Part shown: in pieces, positions 38,800 through 50,655 of the stretch
Layout of the letters: the number at the start of each line of letters is the position of its first letter
Numbering within the stretch: the stretch's first letter is position 1
Assembly (NCBI RefSeq): GCF_006345805.1
Contig: NC_043006.1
Location: forward strand, 4,154,001-4,218,000
DNA length: 64,000 bases
Source of the DNA: Octopus sinensis
Taxonomy: Eukaryota
Direction of reading: 5' to 3'
The notes under the pieces: model-generated
The model's database searches: none
What the model was told of the DNA's origin: nothing
The model's input: only the letters and a program-made list of their open reading frames with translations
Made by a program: the position numbers and the translations under genes

Positions 38800-40040
38800 T
38801 AGAATACACTCAAATGCATAACAACTTGAAATCTTTGGGATTCGGACATTCTATGGTGTTTTGTCTGCGGTTCATCTCTATATAACATCCAACAGTAGTC
38901 ATCTAACATTCCTGCATTCCAAAATCCTTGATAGCATTGTTCCATCGATGCAATATCTTGATGAAAGCGTTCCCCTTGCTTATCAGACACTGGTCCAAGG
39001 TTCACTGCAAATGGCTGTGTGGTAAGTAGCTTGCTTACCAACTACATGGTTCCGGGTTCAGTCCCAATGCGTGACACCTTGGGCAAGTGTCTTCTACTAT
39101 AGCCTCGGGCCAACCAAAGCCGTGTGAGTGGATTTGATAGAGGGAAACTGAAAGAAGCCCGTCGTATATATATATATATACATATGTAGTTGTGTGTGTG
39201 TGTGTGTGTGTGTGTGTGTCTGTCTGTCTGTCTGTATGTATGTATGTATGTGTGTATATGTTTGTGTGTCTGTGTTTGTCCCCCAACATCGCTTGACAAC
39301 GGATGCTGGTGTGTTTACGTCACCGTAACTTAGAAGTTCGGCAAAAGAGACCGATAGAATAAGTACTAGGCTTACAAAGAATAAGTCCTGGGGTCGATGT
39401 GCTCGATTAAAGGCGGTGCTCCAGCATGGCCACAGTCAAATGACTGAAACAAAAGAGTAAAGAGAGAGAGAGAGAGTAAAAGAGTATGTGAATTAAGGAA
39501 ATGGACATTTTGTGACATCCGACAGCGTAGGCGTCTAGAAGACATTTCATTCCATTTCTAAACTCTAGAGATCTCTTGTTGCCTAGGAAAATTTCACAGA
39601 ACCATTTGAAGTTTTCCTAGGCTTTAAGCTCAATCTCATCCAGTGTTGCGAGGATGTGGTTGTCCTTCAGGAGTTCTTTTATCTGCAAACCTATGATGAA
39701 TACGCCCTCCTACAGTTTTGCCTCGGTGATTTTTGGGAATTTGGCCTTCATATAATCAAAACCATTTGAGCTTTTCCTGACAAGTGTCTTCACGAATTGT
39801 TGCACGAGGCCAAGCTTTATGTGAAGAGGGGGAAGAAGAACATTTTGGGGGTTTAAAAGTGGCTTACTCTGGAGCTAGAAACTCCTGGTTCATATGATTT
39901 TAGCAAAGGCCACTCTGATTGCAAATAGTGCTTGTTAGTTGCACGACTGTCCCACAGGTATAAAAAGAAATAATATTTCGTGAACCCAAGTTGTATTCCC
40001 TTCAACATTCTAATCATCTTCAAGTCTCCACATATTTTCC
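38800..40040 (-). mobile_element. Degenerate DNA transposase, probably CMC/Chapaev-like, split by a SINE
   Basis: W.ICGDLKMI, WDSRA, LLPPLHIKLGL.QQFVK, EGVF and VSD.QGERFHQD..ME..YQG.W..DYCW motifs; family label is from recall. Confidence 0.65.
39010..39485 (+). mobile_element. Family-B SINE nested in the transposase
   Basis: GGCTGTGTGGTAAGTAGC head; tail GCAGTCAAATGACTGAAAC-type. Confidence 0.85.
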
Positions 40041-40059
40041 AACTGTAGTTTGTATACCC

Positions 40060-40500
40060 TGTGTGTTTAGCCCCTTGTGGGCAGTAAAGAAATAGGTATT
40101 TCGTCTGCCGCTACGTTCTGAGTTCAAATTCCGCCGAGGTCGACTTTGCCTTTCATCCTTTCGGGGTCGATTAAATAAGTACCAGTTACGCACTGGGGTC
40201 GATATAATCGACTTAGTCCGTTTGTCTGTCCGTGTTTGTCCCCTCCATGTTTAGCCCCTTGTGGGTAGTAAAGAAGTAGGTATTTCGTCTGTCTTCACGT
40301 TCTGAGTTCAAATTCTGCCGAGGTCGACTTTGCCTTTCATCCTTTCAGGGTCGATAAATTAAGTACCAGTCACGCACTGGTTCGATATAATCGATTTAAT
40401 CCGTTTTTCTGTCCTTGTTTGTCGCCTCTGTGTTTAGTCCCTTGTGGGCAGTAAAGAAATAGGTATTTCGTCTGTCTTTACGTTCTGAGTTCAAATTCCG
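40060..40500 (+). mobile_element. Family-A SINE body in tandem (2 full units plus a partial third, period about 185 bp)
   Basis: TAGCCCCTTGTGGG..AAAGAA.TAGGTATTTCGTCTG junction repeated three times. Confidence 0.85.
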
Positions 40501-41090
40501 CTGTCAAGTTACCACACGGAGTCCAGTGGAAAGTTTGAAATTCTAAAACATTAAAAGGACATACTAATATACGAAGATAATGTTCAATTGATCCGAATGT
40601 TTTGTCGACGGGCTGTTGAAATATGACATAAATATCATATTTCAATGTAACTTGTGAATTTTTATTCTCTTGTATCTTATAGTGTGAATTAATAAGTTAA
40701 TATGTCTTATATTCATCTTTTCTATTTTGCTTAAGTATTTATATATATTTATGAGTATTTTTAAATACCTACGAGTTTTTATCTTACATCATATCGACGT
40801 TTTTTATATCTACTTTGCGTTTATATATTTTTAAATATTAAATATTTATATGCTCGTATGTTTTTAATACTAATATTATTTCGAACTTTATATTGATTTA
40901 TTAATGTCGAAGAAAGTACACATACATATTGAATATTCTATTGGATAATAGGTTATGTTCCTCTAGTTTTCCGTTCGTATTTCTTCCATTCAAATTATAA
41001 ATTGGAACTTGGCTCAATTTGAGCACTTTGATTCTAGCCTGTTTCTGAGTATTGTTAATGTTAGCAATCTTTATATAAAATAGTACAATA

Positions 41091-41122
<32 letters not shown>

Positions 41123-41508
41123 AATATTAGGGAATAAATCCAAACTTACAGGGAAAAATTAGATTTAGGATTAAATCCAATTTTATAGTATAATATATTA
41201 TGTTAATATTATATTAAATTAGAGATAAAACCACTATTAGGCAAATCAAACAGTGAAAAACATAAGCCAATACATAAAATTAATTTTAAATATAAAGTTA
41301 AAAATAAAAATTATTTTAAATAATTTAAACTTATAAATTTTATAAATTTTATATATATATATTTGCCTAATAGTGGTTTTATCTCTAATTTAATATATAT
41401 AATATATATAAGTTCAGCAAAATCTAGATTCAAATGAATATGGTACTTAAGTTAGACGCACTAGAATATTGTATGGTGTTATCCATATAAATCCATGGGG
41501 TGATTATA

Positions 41509-41735
41509 ATCAAAATAAGCAACAAGAATAACTTCGGTAATTTGATACGATCGTTTCGCACTACATCATTTTATTAAACATTGTAAGTATAACAACAGTT
41601 TTAAAATGTTGAGCACACATCAGCTATTAATAGAGGTTTTCCATTAATACATAATAATGTATCATTTAATAAAATGATGTAGTGTGAAACGATTGTACCA
41701 AATTACCGAAGTTATTCTTGTTGCTTATTTTGATA
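41509..41735. repeat. MITE-like element with about 70-bp inverted arms
   Basis: ATCAAAATAAGCAACAAGAATAACTTCGGTAATTTG ... CAAATTACCGAAGTTATTCTTGTTGCTTATTTTGAT. Confidence 0.75.
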
Positions 41736-42167
41736 TATATATATATATATATATATATACCAGACATTCTATTCTGAGCTATGGAAGTAGATAACTATCA
41801 ATATACCAGAGGATATTAAAGCTGTTTTTATAACAATGGAAGTGTTTAAGGAGGTGATTAGATATACAACAACACCAACAACAGATGAACATTTCAAAGT
41901 TTATCTTTTTTTAAAAAGTTAATTACTAATAAAGGAGCCAAACCAGCAAAGTGATCTCTATTAGGTTGACAGATCTGCTAGAAATAATAACCAAATTTAC
42001 CAAATTTACACACTTCATCATCTTAAGGTAGGACAAGTGGGACAATGCGGTTCTGAGTTTTCTACATTAGCAATAAAGACAGGATGGTCCCGGCTGGGAG
42101 ACATTTGATCATAGATCATTGTTTGGTCATGGTTGATCTGGTGACTAAACAACATGCACAAAACAAT

Positions 42168-42370
42168 TCACTCATGTAATGATAGACGTTTGAGTGCAGC
42201 GAAGGACTCAGCATCCACAAGAGCTGCCCTCAATGTATCCACCGTAACTTCCTGCGGATCACAATGTGTTGACCAGTAGAGCAGCATCTGGAAGATCTGC
42301 TCTTGAACGTTACCAGAAAAGTCATGCCGGATATGTCCCAGTTTGACACTTTTAACTCCCAAGAAAATGC
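42168..42370 (-). CDS. Terminal exon of a death-domain protein (helices 3-6)
   Basis: Acceptor TCTTCAACAG|GC (phase 1); IFLGVKSVKLGHIRHDFSGNVQEQIFQMLLYW...VTVDTLRAAL fits the LG..I..EQ..ML..W..T...L..AL death-domain pattern. Confidence 0.8.
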
Positions 42371-42598
42371 CTGTTGAAGATAGAACAATAAGAAATTACA
42401 GGAAAAACATTAACAATAATATAAGAGTTGTCTATTGCAACTCTCCAGCAAAGGACGTTCAATTTTTACAGATAATCTCTAAATGAGGCATCAATCCCCT
42501 CTTCCAAAAAAAAACAATACCTATTCTATTGTGCTTCATTAATTTATCCATTTTACCAATCAGGCTAATCTCAATTTTATTGAATCCCATCAATGTCT

Positions 42599-43559
42599 TT
42601 AACCCTTTCGTTTCCGTACTTATTTTGAGATGCCCTGTATTTCCTTCAATTAATTTTAAATTAACAAAGAATTTAGTAAAATAGCTTAATTTATCATTAA
42701 GCTAGTGTTAGGAACAGTATTTGTGACTAAGGTTTGGTGGAAGATTTTAATTCAGAACTTATGAAAACAAGACATTTGTACTACAGAGCCAGAGGCGGTT
42801 CCAGCCAGGTTGATATCGAAAGGGTTAAAAATATCATGGTCACTTTAACCCTTTTGTTACCATATTTCTGTTGAGACGTTCTGTGTTTCTTTCAATTACT
42901 TTAAATATAACAAAGAATTTAGTAAAATATCTTATCCTTAAGCTAGTGTTAGGAACATAAATTGTGACTAAGGTTTGGGGAAAGATTTTCATTCAGAACT
43001 TATGAAAACAAGACATTTGTACTACACAAGCAGAGGTGGTTTTAGCCAGGCTGATATTGAGAGGGTTAAAAATATCAGAGTGACTTTAACCCTTTCTTTA
43101 CTGTATTTATTTTGAGATGCTCTGTGTTTCTTTCAATTACTTTAAATATAAAAAGAAGTTAGTAAAATAACTTAGTTATCATCAAGCTAGTATTAGGGAC
43201 ATAAATTGTGACTAAGGCTTAGCGGAAGATTTTAATTCAGAATGTATGAAAACAAGACATTTGTACTACAGAGCCAGAGGCGGTTTCAGCCAGGTTGATA
43301 TCGAAAGGGTTAAACATATCATGGTCACTTTAATCCTTTTGTTACCATATTTCTGTTGAGACGTTCTGTGTTTCTTTCAATTAATTTTAAATATAACAAA
43401 GAATTTAGTAAAATAACTTAGTTATCATTAAGCTAGTGTTAGGAACATAAATTGTGACTAAGGTTTGGTGGATTATTTTAATTCACAACTTATGAAAATA
43501 AGACATTTGTACTACACAGCCAGAGGCGGTTTTGGCCGGGTTGGTATCAAAAAGGTTAA
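42599..43559. repeat. Tandem array of four about 230-bp TTAA-bounded (piggyBac-like) MITE units
   Basis: Each unit TTAACCCTTT...AAGGGTTAA; units start at 42599, 42845, 43086 and 43330; 16-nt spacers. Confidence 0.85.
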
Positions 43560-43679
43560 TAGAATTATTTTACAGTTAAAATTTCAAAATGGAAATTAGG
43601 AATGGAACCTGTTCTCAGTCATTCTGACATACAAAAGTTCAAGTGAAGGTAAAATTCAGTATTGTTATTTTATACTCAC

Positions 43680-43751
43680 CCACTTGCCACCATTCACTAC
43701 CTAACAGACGTGCCACCCTAAGGAGGTCCCTCTCCTCCAGCTTTTGAGAAT
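43680..43751 (-). CDS. Penultimate exon of the death-domain protein (helices 1-2)
   Basis: TTATTTCAG|AT ... GTGG|GTGAGT, 72 nt, phase 1-1; DSQKLEERDLLRVARLLGSEWWQVG joins in frame to the 42370 exon. Confidence 0.82.
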
Positions 43752-44129
43752 CTGAAATAAATATCTCCATGGTTTACAATTTATAATAAAATTTCTTTAT
43801 CTTTATTAGTAATCTATATTTTATTATTATAGCATATTCGTACCACCAATGGTCAAAAGGTGACCACAACAGTTTCCCCTCGACATTTTTTATGCGTTTT
43901 ACAATGGCACCATACAACAGCTCACTATTCAGGTCCACCACAGAATAGACTAACCTTCCTAAATCTTTTTTTTTATTATGAAAAATCATAGGCTGACAAA
44001 GTTGCTCTCATAGAATGTGAGCAAATGAAGTTTATTTTTGCACAGAGTCCTTCTTGTGGTCCACACACGTCTTCCATCAGTGTTGCAGTTCTTGGATCCC
44101 ATTGCTGAACAAGCTTCCCTCCTGTTGCT

Positions 44130-45285
44130 CACAAAATGCCATCAACAGCAGATATGATGTCATCATCACTGCAATCATAGTTCCCAACTGAGTAGTTTTG
44201 CAAATTAGTGGACAAACAATAGTCAGATGGGACTAAATCAGGGGAATAGGGAACGTAATCAATCAGTTTCACCCCCCAAAGTCATGCACAGCAGCCACTG
44301 AAAGAAAGGACTTATGTTCTGGGACATTGCGTAGACGATGCAATTTTCTGCTTTTCTGGGCATTTGGCCTTCATAGTCTTTTGGAACTGCCTCAGAAAGT
44401 TGGTACAATACTCACCATTGATGGCAGAGCCTTTCTGAGAACAGTAAAAAAAACACAATGCCTTTTGCATCATAAAAACCTGAGACTGTCCCCTTCCATG
44501 CAAATTAAACGATGTTGGCCTCCTTTGGAGCAGGCGAGGTGGGGTGTTTCCACTGCATGGATTATCTCTTTGTCTCTGGCTCAAGGGGATGAATCCAACA
44601 CTCATCCTGGCTTAAGAAAGGCTCAAGGAAACCAGCTGGATCTGCTTCAAAGAATGTCAGATTTTAGCATGATGTGATTTGGTATACTTTTGATCACGTT
44701 CCAGAAGACATGGTGCCTACCAAACAGAAACGACCATCATGCTAAGTTCATTGTACAGAATATTCTTAAATCTCTCACAGAAAATGCTTATAGCATAGGC
44801 TGTATGATTTATAGTCAATTGCTTGTCACCCATGCTGTGAACATTTTAAATGTTTTCCTCGGTGGTGGAAGTTGCAGGACGTCCAGACATTGGGTCCCCT
44901 TCAACACTCTCTGTTCGCCCCTTAAATGCAGCTGTCCACTTTTGCACAGTTGAAGTTGGAGTGTCATCAACCAATACATCAACCGTGTCGGCACAATTGA
45001 CCTTTGGGGCTAAACCCTTTCTCTACAGGTACTTGATTACATCCTGATACCAAATTTTGTCTCTTTTCAAAAGAAGTCGCTGCTGGTCATGTTTCAATTC
45101 TTCTTTGGATGTTCAGATGTCAGTAAACAGATGTCAGTAAACAATTCTTCTTTGGATGTTCAGATGTCAGTGGAATCAAATAATGCAGTTATTAATCAGA
45201 AGTGTCAAACTTAATACAAGCGAGATTTCCCATCCTTAGTATCCCTTGTTCGTTGTCTCCCTATGAACTTTTCAGAACACCCTCG
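44130..45285 (-). mobile_element. Degenerate mariner (DD34D-type) transposon
   Basis: PYSPDLVPSDY motif near 44230-44255, INGEYC; terminal TA|CGAGGGTGTTCTGAAAAGTT at 45266-45287; other TIR not found. Confidence 0.75.
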
Positions 45286-45419
45286 TAATCTAATAATGTT
45301 GCAATTATCCAATTTAATTATCACTTGCTAATACAGTTTTTCACATACAGTTTTGTCTTTCTTTTCTTACATCTGTGCCAAATATGTGGTATGACATATT
45401 CATCTCATCACTTTTTTTG

Positions 45420-45700
45420 TTCCTTCTCGAGCTACACCTGGCTCATAAGGGCCGGTTTCCCGGTTTCCTTGGCATATAGGTTCCCCACCTGGACGGGATG
45501 CCAGTCCGTCGCAGGTGAGCTGCAAGATGCAGGTGGAAAGAGTGAGAGAAAGTTGTGGCGAAAGAGTCAGCAGAAGTTGGCCATTACCTTCTGCCGGAGC
45601 CGCGTGGAGCTTAGGTGTTTCGCTCATAAACACACACATCGCCCGGTTTGAGATTCGAGCTCGTAATCCCTCGGCCGCGAGTCCGCTGCTCTAACCACCA
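45420..45700 (-). mobile_element. Family-C SINE
   Basis: Similar to 22043-22340. Confidence 0.85.
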
Positions 45701-46699
45701 TCTAATCACTAGACTTCACTAACCAATATTCTTATCTGCTTAATCCCAATTTTAACCGAATTGGTTACCAATGATCTTACCAAACACATGGCATGCGACC
45801 TCAAGTAGGATAATCATACAACTGCTTTCTTTGTTAAGGATTACTTCCGGTAATCTTTAATTCTAACTTCCTGCGCCGCAGTTTACCAGAATGTCATCTA
45901 ATTCAAGAAAGATTTGAAGACATTTGAATGATATTCATCCTCCTTAATAAAGCAGCCTTTTTATGGCGAGTAATGGTTAGTTCTAAGTTCTAAATAAGTA
46001 GAACAGAAAGCATTTCGTTTTGGAATTTGGTTTGCAAGATTCTTTATATGAGTTCGTGTGTTGAAACATATTCTGTTGTGTCTGGGGAGAGTCATTTTCT
46101 TTTTGTGCCTTATTATATAATACATTCACCGGTAAAATTTCCACTTTTTTCCTATTTTTATTTTCCTAAAAGTTTCGTTGCATCTTGCAACCTTTTCAAT
46201 AGTCTTGAGTCCAGAAATAAGTGGAAAGTTTACCGGTGAGTGTGTTACATAATAAGGCACAAAAAGAAAATGACTCTCCCCAGACACAACAGAATATGCT
46301 TCAACACACGAACTCATATAAAGAATCTTGCAAACCAAATCCCAAAACGAAATACAATATAATTTATTGTACTGAAATTTGCAGTCAGTAACTATCATAA
46401 AGAGGGAGAAAGACAAACGAACAGGAACAAGGATAGGGAGAAAGATAGAGAGAACTGAAGAGAGAAAGAGAGAGAGAAGGAAAAAGAGAGAGGCAACTGT
46501 TATCTCACTAACAAACCAAAGTCTTGTTGAGTGTAGACATTATGTAGCAGATGTAATGGTAGATTTATTATCAGTAAAAAGAAAAGACAGGGTGTTCACA
46601 ATTGGAACGCTTTATATCGTAAGATTACAAAAGACGTCTGGTTTAGCAAAAACAGTAACTTAACAGTAATCAATGAATTAGCAAAACTCGAAGTCGAAA

Positions 46700-47160
46700 T
46701 CAAACTCGGTGACCGACATCCGTTGCTAGTGGAGCGCTAAGAGTACCATACGAGTGAGATCGTTGCCTGGGCAACAAACTGACCTTTGTGCCGGTGGCAC
46801 GTCAAGCACACCATTCGAGCGTGATCGTTACCGCGTCGCCTTACTAGCACTTGTGCTGGTGGCACATGACAAAAACATTCGAGCGAGGTCGTTGCCAGTG
46901 CCGCTGAAGTGGCTCCTGTGCAGGTGGCACGTAAAGAGCACCATTTGGACGTGGCCATTGCCAGTACCGCCTGACTGGCCCCCGTGCCGGTGGCACGTAA
47001 AAGCACCCACTACACTCTCGGAGTGGTTGGCGTTAAGAAGGGCATCCAGCCGTAGAAACTCTGCCAAATCAAGAATGGAGCCTGGTTCGCCAGACCTCAG
47101 TCAAATCGTACAACACATGCTAGCATGGAAAGCGGACGTTAAATGATGATGATGATGATG
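46700..47160 (+). mobile_element. Interspersed repeat with GTGGCAC subrepeats, RTE-like 3' end and (GAT)n tail
   Basis: GAGTGGTTGGCGTTAAGAAGGGCATCCAGCCGTAGAAAC; related inverted copy at about 58560-58720. Confidence 0.55.
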
Positions 47161-47414
47161 ATGGTGTAAAACAAACAAAAACATCACCCATTTATTCGCC
47201 TGTTTACATCAAAATCCATAAAGACAATATTAACTCTATTGCGTTTCCTTGGTGGATATTTTATGATATTTCAGGAACATCGTTAACAGAATTACTTTAC
47301 AGCTAACTGTTCAAATGGAAATTAGGGATCAAACCTGTCCCCAGTCAAACAAAATAGCTGAACTAAGGATAAAACCGATGGAAGTCAATAAAAGTGTTGC
47401 AATGTTTTACTCAC

Positions 47415-47708
47415 CATCTGGCTCTGATGTACAACGCTCAGGTTGTGATGTAGAAAGCATAGATTGTGATGTAGAACGCTCAGACTGTGATGTAAAAGGC
47501 TCAGGCTGTCATGTAGAAGGCATAGGCTGTGATGTAGTCCGCTTAGACTTGACGTAGAAGGTTTAGGCTGTGATGTAGAAGGTATAGGCTGTGATGTAGA
47601 CCGCTTGGGCTGTGATGTAGAAGGCATAGATTGTGATGTAGAAGGCATAGGCTGTGATGTAGAACGCTCAGGCTGTGATGTAGAAGGCTCAGGCTGTGAC
47701 TGGAGTGT
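47415..47708 (-). CDS. Candidate VNTR exon, 13 x 21-bp units encoding Q-P-x-P/R-S-T-S; carries a 1-bp deletion and a TGA
   Basis: Acceptor TTTTTATTTCAG|ACA, donor GATG|GTGAGT; restoring the missing C at 47549/47550 gives 295 nt, which joins in frame to the death-domain exon. Confidence 0.6.
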
Positions 47709-48179
47709 CTGAAATAAAAATGTCCAAGTTTTGCACATTACTGTAAAGTTTCCCTTGTTAAAAATCTATATTTTATTATTGTGAGACTTTCCTATCATCA
47801 ATAGTCAACTAGTGATCAGTAGTCATTTGACCAACATTTTTATGCCTTCCCTCATGGTCCCACTAGTAGCATCAAATTTAGGTCCACAACAAAAATAGGC
47901 TAACTTTCCTAAATTTACTCTCTCAATTAAGACATCCTCCATAATCTAACATTGTTGCAATTTTCTCATTTAATTATCATTGATAACTCTATTTTGTGTT
48001 CTTTTGTTCGTTTAGACTTTCGTTTCTTATTTAAGGGGCTTGGTTTAAATTTGTCAGTTTGCATAAAGGGAGAAGATTGCACAATATTACCTATTCAAAA
48101 ATAAAAGTATTTAATTAAGTTAAAACATTTCAACTCGAGGTGGCAAGAAATAATAAGTTACTCAAAGCAATTTCTCTCA

Positions 48180-48660
48180 GCTTCCACCATGCTCTGAAGG
48201 TGTCTCTATGGTGCCTGGAAAATCTTTTAACACCTTCTTAGTCTCGGCCACCAGCCCAACCTTCGTGTTGCAGTCAGAGCAGATGGTGTCTTTCTCACAG
48301 GGTGACCCATACTTAATAATTCATGGGATTAAAATCAGGGAAATTACGAGGCTAAAAATTGGGTCTGCGGAAGTCATAAAAATACTTTGACAACCACTTC
48401 TGCCTCTTTCTGAAGTTATGGAAAGGAACCGAATTCTGCTGCCTTGTATAAGGCCTTCCAGCCGCAACTGTGTACATACAGAGTTTTACCACCATCTCCA
48501 GGAGCATCACATAATCATCTTAATTGAACCTAAGACCATATTCAAAGACGTGGGGTGGCATCACATCACCCTCACTGCAGACGCGTCTGAAAACCTACTG
48601 CCCATGGCTCTGTAGACCCCCTTGCACAAGTCCATGTCGTGGCTTACAGCTTTCACAATG
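48180..48660 (-). mobile_element. Degenerate Tc1/mariner transposase fragment (maT/DD37D-like)
   Basis: SEGDVMPPHVF..GLR.N, AGRPY..QQNS.P.H, PDFNPMNY motifs. Confidence 0.7.
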
Positions 48661-49013
48661 TTTACAAATTACTGCACAGCAACTATTATATTGTACACCA
48701 TAATCCTAATAACTCTTTGCCAATCTTCAGTTTGCTTCCAGTCAATGTCAACTAACTTTTAACTCAACTACATATTTCATCATGATACTCTCCACTCTCA
48801 TTAGTTGTTCATCAATACATCCTGGTATCTCAGAAACAAAAAAGACACAAACAGTTGTCAAATTTAATGTGAACACGCTGTATCTGTGCTACACATAAGA
48901 CAAGACACTGTTCTTTCACCTCTAGAAATTACTAACCAAAATTCTTCTCATCTTCTCCAATATATCGGAAATTGTACGTAAGAAGAATATACAAGCAAGA
49001 CGTAGATACTCAC

Positions 49014-49061
49014 CAACTTGCTGTGATGTCTTCAGTACGTCCCCTCTCGACATTTGAGGCT
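49014..49061 (-). CDS. Candidate 48-nt upstream exon of the death-domain gene
   Basis: TAATTTCAG|AG ... GTTG|GTGAGT, phase 1-1, EPQMSRGDVLKTSQQV; supported by splice sites only. Confidence 0.45.
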
Positions 49062-49904
49062 CTGAAATTAATATTTCCAAGTTTTATATTTATAGTATAA
49101 CTACATTATTTAATAATAATCTATTTCATTATTATAGGACATCTTATCATCAATGGTCAACTGGTTATCACTATGACTGGTTACTATGTCACAGCTCAAT
49201 GTCAACTCCGTTGGAGTTGAAAAAAGATATATAGCCACAAACACACAACACCTCATTTGAAATAGGTAACACATACACCTGCTCTCTTTGATTAAACGTT
49301 GCCGCTGGTAATCTTTAATTCTAACAGCTGACAACACAGTTCACCAGAATTCCATCTGATTCAGCAAATATTTGGGCATATTTCAACCTGAGCATCCCTT
49401 ATTAATAAAGCAGCTTTCTTTCCAGATATTCTGCAAGTGGAATCCGGGGTCCTCCATACTTGCACAAACTTCTTTCACTACATGTAACTTGTCAAACACT
49501 TATTATTGCATTGGAAGTCTCTAAAATGTTACAAAGGAACTGATACTCAAGAATATGAGTAATAAAGAAAATAAAGTCAGTGAGACAAACAGACAGATTA
49601 TCAAATAGTATTCTTACCACTTCCCTCAATACATTGTTTACAAGTGGGGCATTTTTCACGAGCAATTTTGATATAACATTCATGACACAGGAGAGTATGT
49701 CCACATGGTATGAATTTTGAAGGGGCGTTAGCTTCACAATATGTGCATCTGTGGAACAAAATACAAACACATCACATCAATAACTTTCATTTATAATAAA
49801 GATTACGTTGTGTACGTGTTTAGAATACAGAATATCACAAGACCCTACGATGACGAGCAAGAATACATCAGAAGGCTTCCTTTTAATAATTACATATTTC
49901 TTTA

Positions 49905-50165
49905 CTACCCACAAGGGGCTAAACACAGAGGGGACAAACAAGGACAGCCAGATGGATTAAGTCGATTATATCGACCCCAGTGCGTAACTGGTACTTAATT
50001 TATCGACCCTGAAAGGATGAAAGGCAAAGTCGATCTCGGCGGAATTTGAACTCAGAACGTAACAGCAGACGAAATACCTATTTCTTTACTACCTACAAGG
50101 GGATAAACACAGAGAGGACAAACAAAGACAGACAAACGGATTAAGTCGATTATATCGACCCCAGT
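49905..50165 (-). mobile_element. Family-A SINE, partial tandem
   Basis: Same GAAATACC|TATTTCTTTACTAC junction as 25760. Confidence 0.8.
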
Positions 50166-50166
50166 G

Positions 50167-50451
50167 CAGCTCCCATGACTTTCGGAAACATTTTTTCACG
50201 CTAAGAGTTGCTGAAGCATGGAACAAACTGCCGACATCAGTGGTTAGTTGTCGGAGCACTGCATCCTTCAAAACGTCCATGCTTCCTGAGATTCGCCAAC
50301 ACTACACCTGATTTTCTCCCCTCCATACACATGCAAGCATACACTGTTCACTTTCCAGACATTTGTACATTACTGCATATACTTTATACGCACTTTTGGC
50401 AAGTTGTGGTGCACCTGAGCACTGTATACAATAATTTCATTATTATTATTA
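50167..50451 (+). mobile_element. 3' end of the CR1-type LINE family with (TAT)n tail
   Basis: Matches 63756-64000; continues GCACTGTATACAATAATTTCATTATTATTAT. Confidence 0.9.
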
Positions 50452-50608
50452 TATGAACACAAGATCACTTGTATATATACCGTAAACCCTCGAGTATAAT
50501 ACGCAGGGGATTTTTAGGGGACTGTATCTCTGAAAAACCTAAACCTTGTCTATAATACGCACCCCTTCTCTAACTTGAGTCAAGGAGGTCTATATAACGT
50601 TCTTGGTT

Positions 50609-50649
<41 letters not shown>

Positions 50650-50655
<6 letters not shown>

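Noticed and set aside
37100-42168. Functional link between the convergent M4 protease and death-domain genes (an immune cluster)
   Set aside because: Proximity alone (5 kb, tail-to-tail) is not evidence of co-function in a eukaryotic genome, and no shared regulatory feature was seen.
42599-43559. CRISPR-like repeat-spacer array
   Set aside because: The repeats are about 230 bp with TIRs, the spacers are 16 nt and mutually similar, there are no cas genes, and the context is eukaryotic.
47315-47557. + strand ORF with GCDVE repeats
   Set aside because: It is the antisense reading of the 21-bp VNTR; the splice signals and gene context are on the - strand.
48690-48835. Additional death-domain-gene exon near 48820
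   Set aside because: Possible acceptors exist but every frame meets stops quickly, and no clear donor was found.
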